From: Takakia lepidozioides
Taxonomy: Eukaryota > Plantae > Bryophyta
Reading direction: 5' to 3'
Assembly (NCBI GenBank): GCA_030704615.1
Contig: CM060733.1
Span: 71,300,001 to 71,364,000 of the forward strand
Length of the DNA: 64,000 bases
This document shows positions 37,801 to 50,126 of this stretch, one piece after another. The position numbers were made by a program, and so were the translations under genes. How positions within the stretch are numbered: the stretch's first letter is position 1; each line of letters begins with the position of its first letter. The notes beneath the pieces are model-generated. The model saw only the letters and a list, made by a program, of their open reading frames with translations, ran no database searches and had not been told where the DNA came from.

Positions 37801-40800
37801 GCTCCGCGCTCCGAATTACCTGCATGACGGAAATTTTGTACCTGGCGGAGGGAAATCATGCGCCGGATTTCCATCCATCCGCTCACAAGTAACCTGCATG
37901 ACAGAAATTTGCAGCGCCGACTTACCTGGAGGATGGAAATCCGGCGCCGGATTTCCATCCATCCGCTCTTCGAATTACCTGCATGACGGAAATTTTGTGC
38001 GCCGACTTAGCTGGCGGATGGAAATCCGGCGCCGGATTTCCATCCATCCGCTCTTCGAATTACCTGCATGACGGAAATTTTGCGCGCCGACTTACCTGGA
38101 GGATGGAAATCCGTCGCCGGATTTCCATCCATCGCCGCTCCGAATTACCTGCATGACGAAATTTTGTACCTGGCGGATTGAAATCATGCGTCGGATTTCC
38201 ATCCATCCGCTCACAAGTAACCTGCATGACAGAAATTTGCAGCGCCGACTTACCTGGAGGATGGAAATCCGGCGCCGGATTTCCATCCATCCGCTCTTCG
38301 AATTACCTGCATCACTGGAAAAATGGCGCCGAATTTCCGATTTTGGTGCCATTCAGATCTGGGACTTAGCCATTTTCGGCCCGAATAGAAAAATGGCGCC
38401 GAAAAAAAAAAAAAAAAAAAAAAACGCCATTTTTCTTGTTCGTGGCCAAAACGGCTAAGTCCCAGAGATCTGACTGGCACCAAAAATCGAAATTCGACGC
38501 CATTTTTCCAGTTCTGGGCCCAGTCAGATCTGGGACTTAGCCATTTTCGGGCCCCGAACTGGAAAAACAAAAAATAAATAAAAATAAAAAACCGCCATTT
38601 TTTCCAGTTCGGGCGAAAACGGCTAAGTCCCGTAATTCGGCACCATTTTTCAGTTCTAGGCCCAGTCAGATCTGGGGCTTAGCCATTTTCGGCCCTGAAC
38701 TGGAAAAAAAAAAAGAAAAAAAAAAAAGAACTCCATTTTTCTTGTTCGGGGTTGAAAACGGCTAAGTCCCAGATCTGACTGGCACCAAAATCGGAAATTC
38801 GGCGCCATTTTTCTAGTTCTGGGCCCAGTCACATCTGGGACTTAGCCATTTTCGGCCCCGATCTGGAAAAAAAAAAACAAAAAAAAAACGCCATTTTTCT
38901 TGTTCGGGGCCTAAAGCGGCTAAGTCCCAGATCTGACTGGCACCAAAATCGGAAATTCGGCGCCATTTTTCCAGTTCTGGGCCCAGTCAGATCTGGACTT
39001 AGCCATTTTCGGCCCAACTGGAAAAAACAAAAAAAAAAAAACAATAAAAGACGCCATTTTTCCAGTTCGGGGCTGAAAACGGCTAAGTCCCAGATCTGAC
39101 TGGCACCAAAATCGGAAATCGGCGCCATTTTTCTAGTTCTGGGCCCAGTCAGATCTGGGACTTAGCCATTTTCGGGCCCGAACTGGAAAAATGGCGCCGA
39201 AAAAAAATAAAAATAAAAATAAAAATAATACGCCATTTTTCCAGTTCCGGGCCCCGAAAATGGCTAAGTCCTTCGATGGCTGGAACGCCAACTGGAATTC
39301 GGCACCATTTTTCCAGTTCCGTCCCTATCAGATCTGGGACTTTGCCATTTTCGGCCCGAACTGGAAAAATGGCGCCATTTTTCCAGTTCGGGCCGAAAAT
39401 GGCTAAGTCCCTAGGGTGGTGGGCACCAAAATCGGAAATTCGGCGCCATTTCCCCAGTTCCGGGCCCAGTCAGATCTGGGACTTAGCCATTTTCGGCCCC
39501 AAACTGGAAAAAATGGCACCGAAAAAAAAACAAAAAAAAATGCCATTTTTTCCAGTTCGGGGCCGAAAATGGCTAAGTTCCAGATCTGACTGCGCAAAAT
39601 CGGAAATTCAGCGCCATTTTTCCATTCCGGGCCTTAGTCAGATCTGGGACTTAGCCATTTTGGCGCCCGAAATGGAAAATGGCGCCATTTTTCCATTTCA
39701 AAAAATGGCTAAGTCCCTAGGGTGGCTGGAACCGCAACCGGAAATTCGGCGCCATTTTTCCATCCGCGCCCCTGTCAGATCTGGGACTTAGCCATTTTTG
39801 GCCCGAACTGGAAAAATGCCGAAAATGGCTAAGTCCCTAGGGTGGCTGGCAGCAAAATCGAAAATTCGGCGCCATTTTTCCAGTTCCGAGCCTAGTCAGA
39901 TCTGGGACTTAGCCATTTTCAGCCCCAAAATGGAAAATGGGCGCATTTTTCGAGTTTAGGGGCCCGAAAATGGCTAAGTCCTTAGAGTGGCTGGAACGCA
40001 ACCGGAAATTCGGCGCCATTTTTCTAGTTCCGCGCCCAGTCATTCTGGGACTTAGCCATTTTCGGGCCCAACCTAGGAAAATGGTGGCGAAAATGGTTTA
40101 CGAGTGAGTGGTCAGCATTGTAAGTTGCGTCCTGATTTGGAGGCACCTCCCCTCGCTCTTTATTTCATTGAAAGACCATTTCTGCTTCTGCTGGTATTGA
40201 CATTCTTCAAGTGGATTTGTTCTTACTGTAGGAGGGACGTCTACACCGCAGTTCATGGGCAGGAGGAACGTGCATTTTTTTGCCAGGGGGATTTCATGCC
40301 TAGTCCAGAAAGGGACTACATCCTTCCTACTTATGTTGCCCGGCTTGCTTCGGTGTCCATTAGAGGTGTTCCGAACCTAGTCGTGTGTACAACAGATTTT
40401 AGACGAGGCAAAACCTCAAGAAAATGAAGATGAGGGAGGAGGCAGCAGCTATTAGAGCCCGTCAGGCTCGTAGATTTGTCTTGGATTCGGCTGAGGAAAG
40501 TGGGGGAGAAGATGCAGAAGATTCCCAGGAGGTGAGGTGGACAGTCCCCCAAGAGGATGGGATTTTTGAGAGGCATAGTGGAACTGATGCATCACAGAGC
40601 TCGGAGGATGAGGGGGATGAGGGGGATGAGAAAGAAGGTGGGGCAAGTTCCTCGGAGGGTGTAGGAGAGTAGTGCCCATTCCGGCTATGACAGTTAGAAC
40701 ACACTTGTATAGACGTGGCTTGCCACAAAATTTGCAATAAAATGTTGCATTTCAAGTCCACTGGTGCCACATTCCAACTTCACATGACCCTATTTCCGTG

Positions 40801-40893
40801 CCTCCTAACCCTATTTCCGTGGACTCACAATGGTCTGCTCATGTTTTTTTTTTTTCCGCTCATGCTCATGCCACTCATGAAATAGCAGCCCCC
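37801..40893. mobile_element. Deleted, non-autonomous derivative of the MULE: palindrome array, expanded hairpin-type array, last exon and right TIR; left end missing
   Basis: ~40096-40893 closely matches ~35629-36445 including the TIR; 37801-38310 is the central-type array; 38310-40095 is the intron-type array with poly-A spacers. Confidence 0.88.
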
Positions 40894-41341
40894 AAAGGAT
40901 GGATGCACCTGATGTTATAGTGTCAGTAGGAGAAATGAGTGGGGGGAGAGTCTGCTTGTCACTGAATCAGAATGGTCACTGTTTGTCTTCATTCTTGTTC
41001 TTTGTTTCAGTGTTATGAACCTGCACACAATGTTGCCCTGGGTATTGATACACTGGAACCAATGTAGACCTAGCTTGGCTGATTGAAAACACCAGTGAGG
41101 GTTAGTTAGAACTGTTGAAAACAGAGAAAGGATAATGTGGATGGGGAGGCAACACCGACACTGATTTTTTATTTTATTTTTGAACTAATTTCCAGCATGG
41201 TCTCAGGGTATGAACAACTGAGGTTCACAGTTGAAGGGAAAAGAGGGCTGTTGGGGTATTTGTTTGAAACCTGTAGAAAGGCTGAGAGCTGTTTGGGCAA
41301 TGGCTTCTTTTGGAAAAAGGTAGTGTGAAGGGTTGGTCATT

Positions 41342-41387
<46 letters not shown>

Positions 41388-42079
41388 ATGAATGGGATGG
41401 TTATGCCTCGTGTGACCGAGGATGATTTCAAGGCTGGGTGCACTGGATGCCTGGCTGAGTTGTGCATTGCATTGCATGGTAGATGTGCTGCTGTTGAAGA
41501 AGTGAAGAACTTATAGACCAAGATTAGAGAGAGAGAGAAAAGGATTTGGGAAAGGAGAGAGCTGCTCAGTAAAAGGGGTTGATGGGCGATGGCCAATTTG
41601 GGGAGATAAGATGAAGAAAACATGAACCCTGGAAGAGACAGTGGCCCTGCAGTTCATGGCAGATCTGAGCTGCCTCCCTCTAAATCTGTGTCACCATTAC
41701 AAAGGGGGATTCCGACGTGTCACTGCTCAAGGGAGCTTCATATTAAGGGTCGTGTTCAGCGCTGTCATAGGGCTGGTTGCATCACAGAAAAGATCATGGC
41801 AGCACTGTTGGCGCTGTGATCATAGGGCAAGGATGTTGTATAAAAGTAGAACCAAGAGCAAGAACAATTCAAAACTCCCCATCCATGTCTTCTCTTCCGC
41901 TGCGGCGTGGATGAGGATTGCATGAACTCTGATCACGAACGAACTAAGGGAAACCCACAGCCATGTGAAGATGGTTGGATCACTAGAACGTTCCTTCCTT
42001 TTGCTTTGACTTCAACTGGGGAGGAGTACAGATTAGAATCACCCAGAAGGGGATTCACGCCCCTTCTTTTCACACTACA
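40894..42079 (+). repeat. 3' part of a family-B LTR, ends TTCACACTACA; (GA)n at ~41345-41383
   Basis: Highly similar to 46117-47284; end is the inverted complement of the LTR start TGTAGTGTGAA (45081-45091, minus strand). Confidence 0.8.
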
Positions 42080-45000
42080 GTGAATCAAATTCCCTGTGAA
42101 ACTGAGAAGGAAAGATTGTCCAAACAATTCTTTCAGAGGTTCTTGGAATTGCCAGACGGTTGTAAAGAAAACATTCTTAAGAGAGTACATGATGTTGATC
42201 CTGAGTGGGGTCTGGAGAAAGGAGTGATAAAGATTTATCAGGTGGCCTGTAGAGGAAGAGCACATTGGTTACCAACACTGGTTTAAGTGATAGCATTGTT
42301 ATCCATTAAGCGAGTAGAGTTTGAAGGTTGGGAGGAGAGGAAGGTTAATGTTTATACTCATATGCATGAGGAGCTTGTACTGGTAAAGAATTGGATTCCA
42401 AAGGATATTCTGTGGATCAAACTCACACCAAGAACAGCTTTTCAGACTTGTTTGCCATATGGTTATATGGTAACGGAGACTTCTAGTATAGCCAAGGGTG
42501 CATTGAAGCTTGAAATAAACTTAGGCATATACGAGAGATACTACAGAAGAGAGTTTTGGTAAGACATGGGACATGAGTGATGAAAGTGAAGCTAGACTCC
42601 AGAGATATTCAGCAAAAAGAGAAAGTTATCTGAAAGCTAATTATCCATATCTTTGGGAGAGACATAGGGGAATCATCTGGACCTCTCATACCATTAAGAT
42701 TAGAGAGTACATCACCCATACCAGAAGAACTAGAGTTGGATGCCACTCCTTCTTATTCTTTGCAAGAAAGATTAAGGGAATTGGTACAGGAAGAAGATCA
42801 ACCACGAGGTGAAAGATCTGAGGTACATCCCTGGATAAAAGATTTGACAGAAATCTTTGATAAGAGTTGGCATGGAACACCAAAAGCAGGAACGGAAGAC
42901 AAAGAAGGAGGAGAGGATGTGGCAGAGCCAACGGAGAGTTCAGACTCTCCAACACCATTGCAATTGAGTTACATGAGTGAAGAAGAAGAAACCCAAGGGG
43001 AGAACTTGGAAGATGAAAACAGAGAGAAGAAATTGGAAGATGAAGAGTATGAAGAAGTAGACCCAACAGCTGAGGTTGAGACTACAACCAGGACATCCCA
43101 ACCTGTTGGACCTGGATCAAGTGGAGTACTTGGATCACAGGCCAACGAAGGTGTCGGCTCAGGGGGATCAGGCGGGCAGCCTGGATCTGGCTCTGGGGGG
43201 ATAGGGAGTGTGGGAAGTAGTGCAATTGGAGCTGGGAATACAGTGAATATAGTGGGGCCAGTAGCAGGGAGTGCTCAGGGGCCAGCACTTGGTGGAAGTT
43301 CCACCACAACTACAGCAGGTCCTCAAGGACCAGCACCAGCAAGGGGGCCAGCACCTGTCAGTGGGCAGGGGGTAGGGCCACAGATGGCGTTACAACCAAC
43401 ACGGGCAAAACCACCTTTTCCAATATATTCAGGAAAAGGGGATCCTGATGTACACATTAGCCAATTTGAGCACATGTGTATTGTGAACAATGAGAATGGC
43501 GATGATGCCAAGATGAGACTGTTTCCTTGTTCACTTATAAAGAAAGCAAGTGAATGGTATGCAAGATTCCCTGATAATCATTTCCTAACATGGAATGGCT
43601 TAAGTACAACATTCTGAAATAAGTTCAGGACAAGTAAAACTGAGGATGACGTGTATGGAAGTTTATAACAATTAAAGCAAAAGAAGCATGAAACTGTTGA
43701 AGAGTATATGGAAAAAATGGAATTGACGATGAAAAAGCTGGCTGCTGTACCAGCACCAGGTTTACAGAAGACTTGGTTTGTGAGTGGACTAAGACCTGAG
43801 CTACAAAAGAAAGTGGATGTGCTACCCCTTAATACGGTGGAGGAAGCATTTGAAACAGCTAACAGAATTGAGCAATTGGGAATGTTCAGGAGAGGGGAAA
43901 AGGATGATGAGGACTTTGAGGATGAGTCAGATGAGGAAGAAGAGCAAGAGCTCAAGAGGAAGAGTAAGAAGAAGGAAAAGTTGAAGAGGGATAACTATGA
44001 GAAAAGATTGGAAGAAATTTTAAAGAAGTATGCCACAGAGGTTGCAACACATTAGAGGAAGGGTGTTTGGTGTGCAAAATGCCAGAATGAAGGCCATACC
44101 ACAGCTGAATGCCACATGAAGGAGAAACACTGTACTATCTGTAAAATGGATAACCATTCTACAGAGAATTGTTACTACAACAGAAGGATAGCAGCAAGAG
44201 AACCTAGGCAAGTAAGGGTGCATCAAGTGCAGCCCCAGCCAAGAAGGAACAATGATCAGGACCACTATGGTAGGCCTGGTGGTTATAACAATGGTATGGA
44301 ATGGAGAGGTAATCCAAGAGGGAATTACCAAGGCAATCCTAGAGGCAACTATCAGGGTAATCCAAGGGGAATTACCAGCCCAGGGAATCAGGATTATAGA
44401 AACAATCCCAGAACAGACCAAGGGCGAGGACCTAATGGGGAAGAACTGTGTTACTATTGTAATCAGGCAGGACATCGCAAGGCAGCCTGTCCATTCTGGA
44501 TCAGACACCAGAATGAGATGAGAGCTCCTGTGAATGAGGGGCCAGTGGTGGCAGCTCACATGGTTAGGCCATGTGTTGTACCAGAAGTAAGTACAATGAT
44601 GGTAACCAGAAGCAAAGCTAAACTAATACCTCCAGTGGTTGAGGACTAGACTGGTTCAGAAATGGGGACTAGACTTTGTTGGACCAATTATTCCACCAGC
44701 CAAGAATACACAGAACAAGTATATAATCACAGCCACTGATTATACTACAAAGTGGGTGGAAGCTAAAGCTCTGAGGGACAACACAGCTAAGTACACAGCA
44801 AGGTTCCTGTATGAGAACATACTTACACGATTTGGCTGTCCCCTGGAATTTATCAGTGACCAGGGAAGTCACTTCATTAATGAGACCATTGAACTATTGA
44901 TTAAGGAGTTCATGATTGTGCATAAGAAGAGTACAACTTATTACCCACAGGGTAATGGGCAGGCAGCGGCTACCAACAAAATACTATGTACTATCCCTCC

Positions 45001-45157
45001 TGCAGTTGTACAACGGGCACTCCCGTTGTAGTGATGCAGGGTCTTAACGGTAAGACAAAATGTAATGTCACTCCCCTGCATTCACACTACATGACCACAA
45101 AGCTGTCAGCAGCTTTGTATCCCAATCCGTTCTGTTTGCATTGATTATCTTAGCCAA
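42080..45157 (+). mobile_element. Family A copy A5: partial ORF0, gag with three Zn knuckles, PR-RT-RH deleted, integrase fragment
   Basis: gag 42573-44649 (CAKCQNEGHTTAEC, CTICKMDNHSTENC, CYYCNQAGHRKAAC) joined directly to [10 protein letters not shown] at ~44656; the last integrase codons lie inverted at 45092-45157. Confidence 0.88.
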
Positions 45158-46560
45158 GATATCCCTGCATACAGGTAATTTCATGGGCATACTGTGCTTA
45201 TGCTTTGCCAGGATAAAAATGGCTAAGTCATGACCATGCGTATTTTCATCCGTAGGATGCACGTTTTCATCCCAGGTGTTTAACCTAGAAACGCGGGTTG
45301 AGGAAAACGAAGAGGAAGATGACGGGCAACTCTTAGCAGCTGCTGCGAGCAGTGGGGTTGTCAGGGCCGTCTGTTTGTGGGAGGTTGTACCTACGCTATG
45401 GGACTCTGCTTGGTTTTGAGAGCGGCATTCAGTGCTTCTGCTTGGTATTCTGTGTAAGGGAAAGCGGTGCCGCTTCTCTCGTAGTGATGATCAATTCCTG
45501 GAGTAGGAGCATGTAAGAAGAGCGGCGCACCACCGCTGTCGCCATTGCCTTGAAGAAAACAGTTATGGGCAGATGAGCAAGCAAGGAAACGGCCAGCTGC
45601 TGGAAGCACAAGGAAGTGAGTTGTGGGCACAATCAATGGAGGGGATGAGGCATGTGAAGTGCTGGCTGGATGGCAACTCAGGTTATCTGTAATCAAAGCT
45701 TATAGCTGCTTTTGTGTCATCTTACTATAGGACCATATCAATTCTTAGGGAAGAATTGCACGCATAGAAGGATAGAGTATTTAGTTGGCAAGCCACAGGA
45801 TGTTCCATAGGATGAAGAGGAGCCATCATGGCATGATAAATACTGGAATCAAGACAAGGAGAATAGGTTGAAGTGGCTGCTGACAGGCGATGGTGAGGTG
45901 CCATCTTGGCAGGCAGATCCACCGCTTCGCTGGAGGATAAAACAGATAAGTTCGTAGACTGTGGGCTTCGGTTTTTGGGGGAGTGGTGACTTAGAAATTG
46001 TTTTGGTGTGGATTTAGGACTGGCTCTATGTAGAGGAGAAGGAGGTAGAGATATGTGATGGAGGAAAAGGTTTTGGAAATGGAATGGAGACTCTGAAACT
46101 TCAAACCAGGATAGGGAAAGGATGGATGCACCTGATGTTATAGTGTCAGTAGGAGAAATGAGTGGTGGAGAGACTGCTTGTCACTGAATCAAAATGGTCA
46201 CTGTTTATCTTCATTCTTGTTCTTTGTTTCAGTGTTATGAACCTGCACACAATGCTGCCCTGGGTATTGATACACTGGAACCAATGTAGGCCTAGCTTGG
46301 CTGATTGAAAACACCAGTGAGGGTTAGTTAGAACTGTTGAAAACAGAGAAAGGATAATGTGGAAGGGGAGGCAACACCGGCACTGATTTGTTTTTCTTTT
46401 GGAACTAGTTTCCAGCATGGTCTCAGGGTATGAACAACTGAGGTTCAAAGTTGAAGGGAAAAGAGGGCTGTTGGGGTATTTGGTTGAAACCTGTAGAAAG
46501 GCTGAGAGCTGTTTGGGCAATGGCTTCTTTGGAAAAAGGTAGTGTGAAGGGCTGGTCATT

Positions 46561-46601
<41 letters not shown>

Positions 46602-47284
46602 TGAATGGGATGGTTATGCCTTGTGTGACCGAGGATGATTTCAAGGCTGGGTGCACTGTATGCCTGGCTGAGTTGTGCATTGCATTGCATGGTAGATATG
46701 CTGCTGTTGAAGAAGTGAGGAACCTGTAGACCAAGATTAGAGAGAGAGAAAAAAGGATTTGGGAAGGGAGAGAGCTGCTCAGTAAAAGGGGTTGATGGGG
46801 GATGGCCAATTTGGGGAAATAAGATGAAGAAAACATGAACCCTGAAAGAGACCAGTGGCCCTGCAGTTCATGGCAGATCTGAGCTGCCTCCCTCTAAATC
46901 TGTGTCACCATTACAAAAGGGGGCTTCCGACGTGTCACTGCTCAAGGGAGCTTCACATTAAGGGTCGTGTTCAGCGCTGTCATAGGGCTGGTTGCATCAC
47001 AGAAAAGATCATGGCAGCATTGTTGGCGCTGTGATCATAGGGCAAGGATGTTGTATAAAAATAGAACCAAGACCAAGAACAATTCAAAACTCCCCATCCA
47101 TGTCTTCTCTTCCGCTGTGGCGTGGATGAGGATTGCATGAACTCTGATCACGAACGAACTAAGGGAAATCCACAGCCATGTGAAGATGGTTGGATCACTA
47201 GAACGTTCCTTCCTTTTGCTTTGCCTTCAACTAAGGAGGAGTACAGATTAGAATCACCCAGAAGGGGATTCACGCCCCTTCTTT
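44996..47284 (+). repeat. Family-B 5' LTR, ~2.2 kb; first 96 bp inverted, terminal CACACTACA lost
   Basis: Reconstructed start TGTAGTGTGAA; 3' half matches 40894-42070; followed by a PBS. Confidence 0.72.
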
Positions 47285-47296
47285 TGGTATCAGAGC
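47285..47296 (+). promoter_or_regulatory. Primer-binding site for initiator tRNA-Met
   Basis: TGGTATCAGAGC, the canonical plant tRNAi-Met PBS. Confidence 0.88.
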
Positions 47297-47424
47297 TTCG
47301 TTAACGCAGTGAACAGCCAAGCAAGACCAAGAGTGAGATCTACCCAAAGAACAATTTCAAAGCTGCCATAGAAGGAGGTACTAAATCCAGAATCCTGAAC
47401 CACTTCTAGAAGGGGAGAATATCC

Positions 47425-47915
47425 TTGTCTCCCATGGACCTAATCATGACTGTGCCCGGAGAGTTAGACAAATTAAAGGGGCTGGTCAAAGTGGTGGAAA
47501 GGGCAATGGTACAACAAAAGGAGACAACTCACAGTGTAGAAATTGTGAGGGATGTTCCAAGGCCTTTGTACTCAGCACACGCGGAGCCCACGATCTCGTA
47601 TGCTTATACTGGTAAGGTTAAAGCGCTTCATGTAATGATTACAATGGGAGATTACCAAGTATTAGGCCAAATTGACACCGGTGCCATGCTTTCTGTAATA
47701 TCCGCAAGTACAGTCAGGGATCTTGGTCTGATGGGATCTGTTGTTACTGATAAGGATGTAAATTACAGAGTAGCCTCAGGTGCTCTTGAGACTGCAATGG
47801 GCAGACTTGAGGACATCAAGGTCAAAGTAGGAGAGCTGACCAATCGCTTGTCCTTTATGGTGGTAAACACGGATACGTATCACATGCTTTTGGGCTTGGA
47901 ATTTCTCAAAAAGTT
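47425..47915 (+). pseudogene. Retropepsin-like aspartic protease fragment (gag largely deleted)
   Basis: GQIDTGAMLSVIS...HMLLGLEFL. Confidence 0.85.
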
Positions 47916-49173
47916 TGGCGCGTGCGACATGCCCATGAGGAGTTGGGGCATTTTGGAGTGCGACACACTCACAGTTTACTGCAAGGGCAGTATTGGTGGC
48001 GTGGTATGCATACAAAGGTGCAACAGTTTGTGGCTAGGTGCATGGTGTGTGACAGGGTGCGTGCTTCATTCAACGCCCCTACACCACAGTTGCATCATTT
48101 ACCAATCATGGGATTGGGCTACAGGTGGAGTCTTGACTTCGCAGGACCGTTGCCACTAACTATGCGCCACCACAGATATGTGTTGGTGATGGTGGAACAC
48201 TTCTCCAAGTGGATTGAGTTGGTTCCATTGCCTGACAAGGCTAGTGAGGGGGCTGCGGATGCATTCTTGGATCGTGTGCTTAGCCGATTTGGTGCTCCAG
48301 CTGAGGTACTCACGGACCAAGGGAGAGAGTTCTTGGGGGAGTTTCAGGCTTTGTGTGATAAAGCCTTGATAGACCACCGCACCACTTCTCGGGATCATCC
48401 TGAGGCCGATGGCTTGGCAGAGAAAGTTGTTCAGACGGTGAAGAGGGGTTTGCGCAAGTATGGCTTGCAGAACGGACACCTAAGAGATTGGGATCTTCAG
48501 GTTCCTTGGTTAGCCATGGGCTACAGGTTCAGCAAACAAGCATCACTTGCTCCTTCTCACCATATTTCCTTCTCTTTGGCCGAGAGCCGGATTTGCCTGC
48601 AGCCATTCGTAGGGACACTGCTCAAGTCCTTAACCTTGACGATCCGGACGTGTGGGTACGTGCATGTGATCAGCGTGCAGAATTGTTCAAGAAAGTCATG
48701 CCCATGGCTTTTGAGAACCTTGCCATTGCACAGCACCGTGATACGTTGAGGTATGCCACTATACGTGGTGGAGGATATCGTCCTGGGGTTCGGAGGTTTA
48801 GCCCTGGTGACTATGTTTATTTGCAGCAGACTGCTCCTACGACTCTGGATGTTACTGCAGGGCGTGTTATTCTGAGGGTTCGAGAGGTGTTGCCCTCAGG
48901 GGTCCTGATCTTGGAGGGTCGGGATGGCATGACTTGGAAGGACCATGTGCGTAATTGTGCGCCATGTCACCTTCCAATGTCGATGGCAGAGTTGACCCAA
49001 ACTTGGCAGTGGTACCTGCAGGTTTGAGGTGCATGCTCTGTGGGTCTGCCAAAGGGGCAGCCACCATGCTGGTGTGTGATCGATGCTCAAGGGGTTGACA
49101 TATGGGATGTTTGACACCACCTCTTGAGAAGGTTCCTGACGGAGATTGGTTGTGTCCACACTGCTTGGGATAG
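47916..49173 (+). pseudogene. Ty3/gypsy integrase with C-terminal PHD finger
   Basis: HEELGH...CMVC, SLDFAGP, TDQGREF, DGLAE, FSPYFLLFG; after a frameshift, 49030-49164 reads CMLC...LVCDRCSRG*HMGCLTPPLEKVPDGDWLCPHC (C4HC3). Confidence 0.88.
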
Positions 49174-49433
49174 TGGCAGTGGACATGACTAGAGGCAGCT
49201 AACAAGACATGGGAGGCCAAGCTCATAGGAGTCAATACATGAGATCCTAAGCTCAAGTTCACAGCTTGCAAGACAGCGACTAACGATGGGGCAACTCTTG
49301 CACCCGGCCTCTTGATCTATCGAGTTTGAGTGTAGTAGGGATAGTGGTGGAAGACTTAGTGAGGCTATGGTCACTATCACATCTTGTGGCTACCTGGACT
49401 TAGAGGGACCTAAGCACCAGCTAGGGGGGCGAT

Positions 49434-50126
49434 TGTGGATAGTAACTGCCATAGTGGGCAGCATAGTGGCAGCCTAGTGACTGACTAGTTGTAGCCTAGT
49501 GGTTGGACTAGTGGGTGGACTAGTGATGGACTAGTGATATACTAGTGTGTGGCGTGCACATGTGTTGTGTGGTTTTGGACAGCGATGTAGTTGTGTAGCG
49601 ATATGTATGCGCACGATAGCTGTCAAGTTATTTTACCACTAGTGTGAAACTAGCTAGGAAATAGCTAGCTTTTACATATTGACATTTAGGATTGGCCCAA
49701 GTGTCAATCCAGGGGTCAAGGCAGATTTAGGCCCTGGAGTGGTTATCTTCACGGCAAGCGCGGGAGGCTCATCTTTCCCGAGTTGAGCCTCACCGCGCCT
49801 AGCTATGGCGCCGTAGTGTGGATTCCCCATGGCGTGGGGTGCACTTGGCTTGACTTGTATTTGAGTGATGAGGTTATATATGCATGAGTTTATGCTTCAG
49901 CTTTGTGAGCTTGTGCTTGTATTCTTCTTCTTTATCATTGTGTGGACTAGTAACTGCCATAGTGGGCAGCATAGTGGCAGCCTAGTGACTGACTAGTTGT
50001 AGCCTAGTGGTTGGACTAGTGGGTGGACTAGTGATGGACTAGTGATATACTAGTGTGTGGCGTGCACATGTGTTGTGTGGTTTTGGACAGCGATGTAGTT
50101 GTGTAGCGATATGTATGCGCACGACA
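49434..50126 (+). repeat. Probable 3' LTR bounded by ~185-bp direct repeats (49434-49618 and 49941-50126)
   Basis: Follows the purine run AGGGGGG (~49423-49429); TG...CA termini; ACTAGT-rich. Confidence 0.7.

Noticed and set aside
44640-44650. AGGAC as a possible right-hand TSD of A4 (left flank 22284-22288)
   Set aside because: It is ordinary gag coding sequence (VED) with no LTR end before it.
45027-45091. Apparent 65-bp MITE (TGTAGTGATGCAGGG...CCCTGCATTCACACTACA)
   Set aside because: No TSD; better explained as the inverted start of the family-B LTR with an internal inverted repeat.
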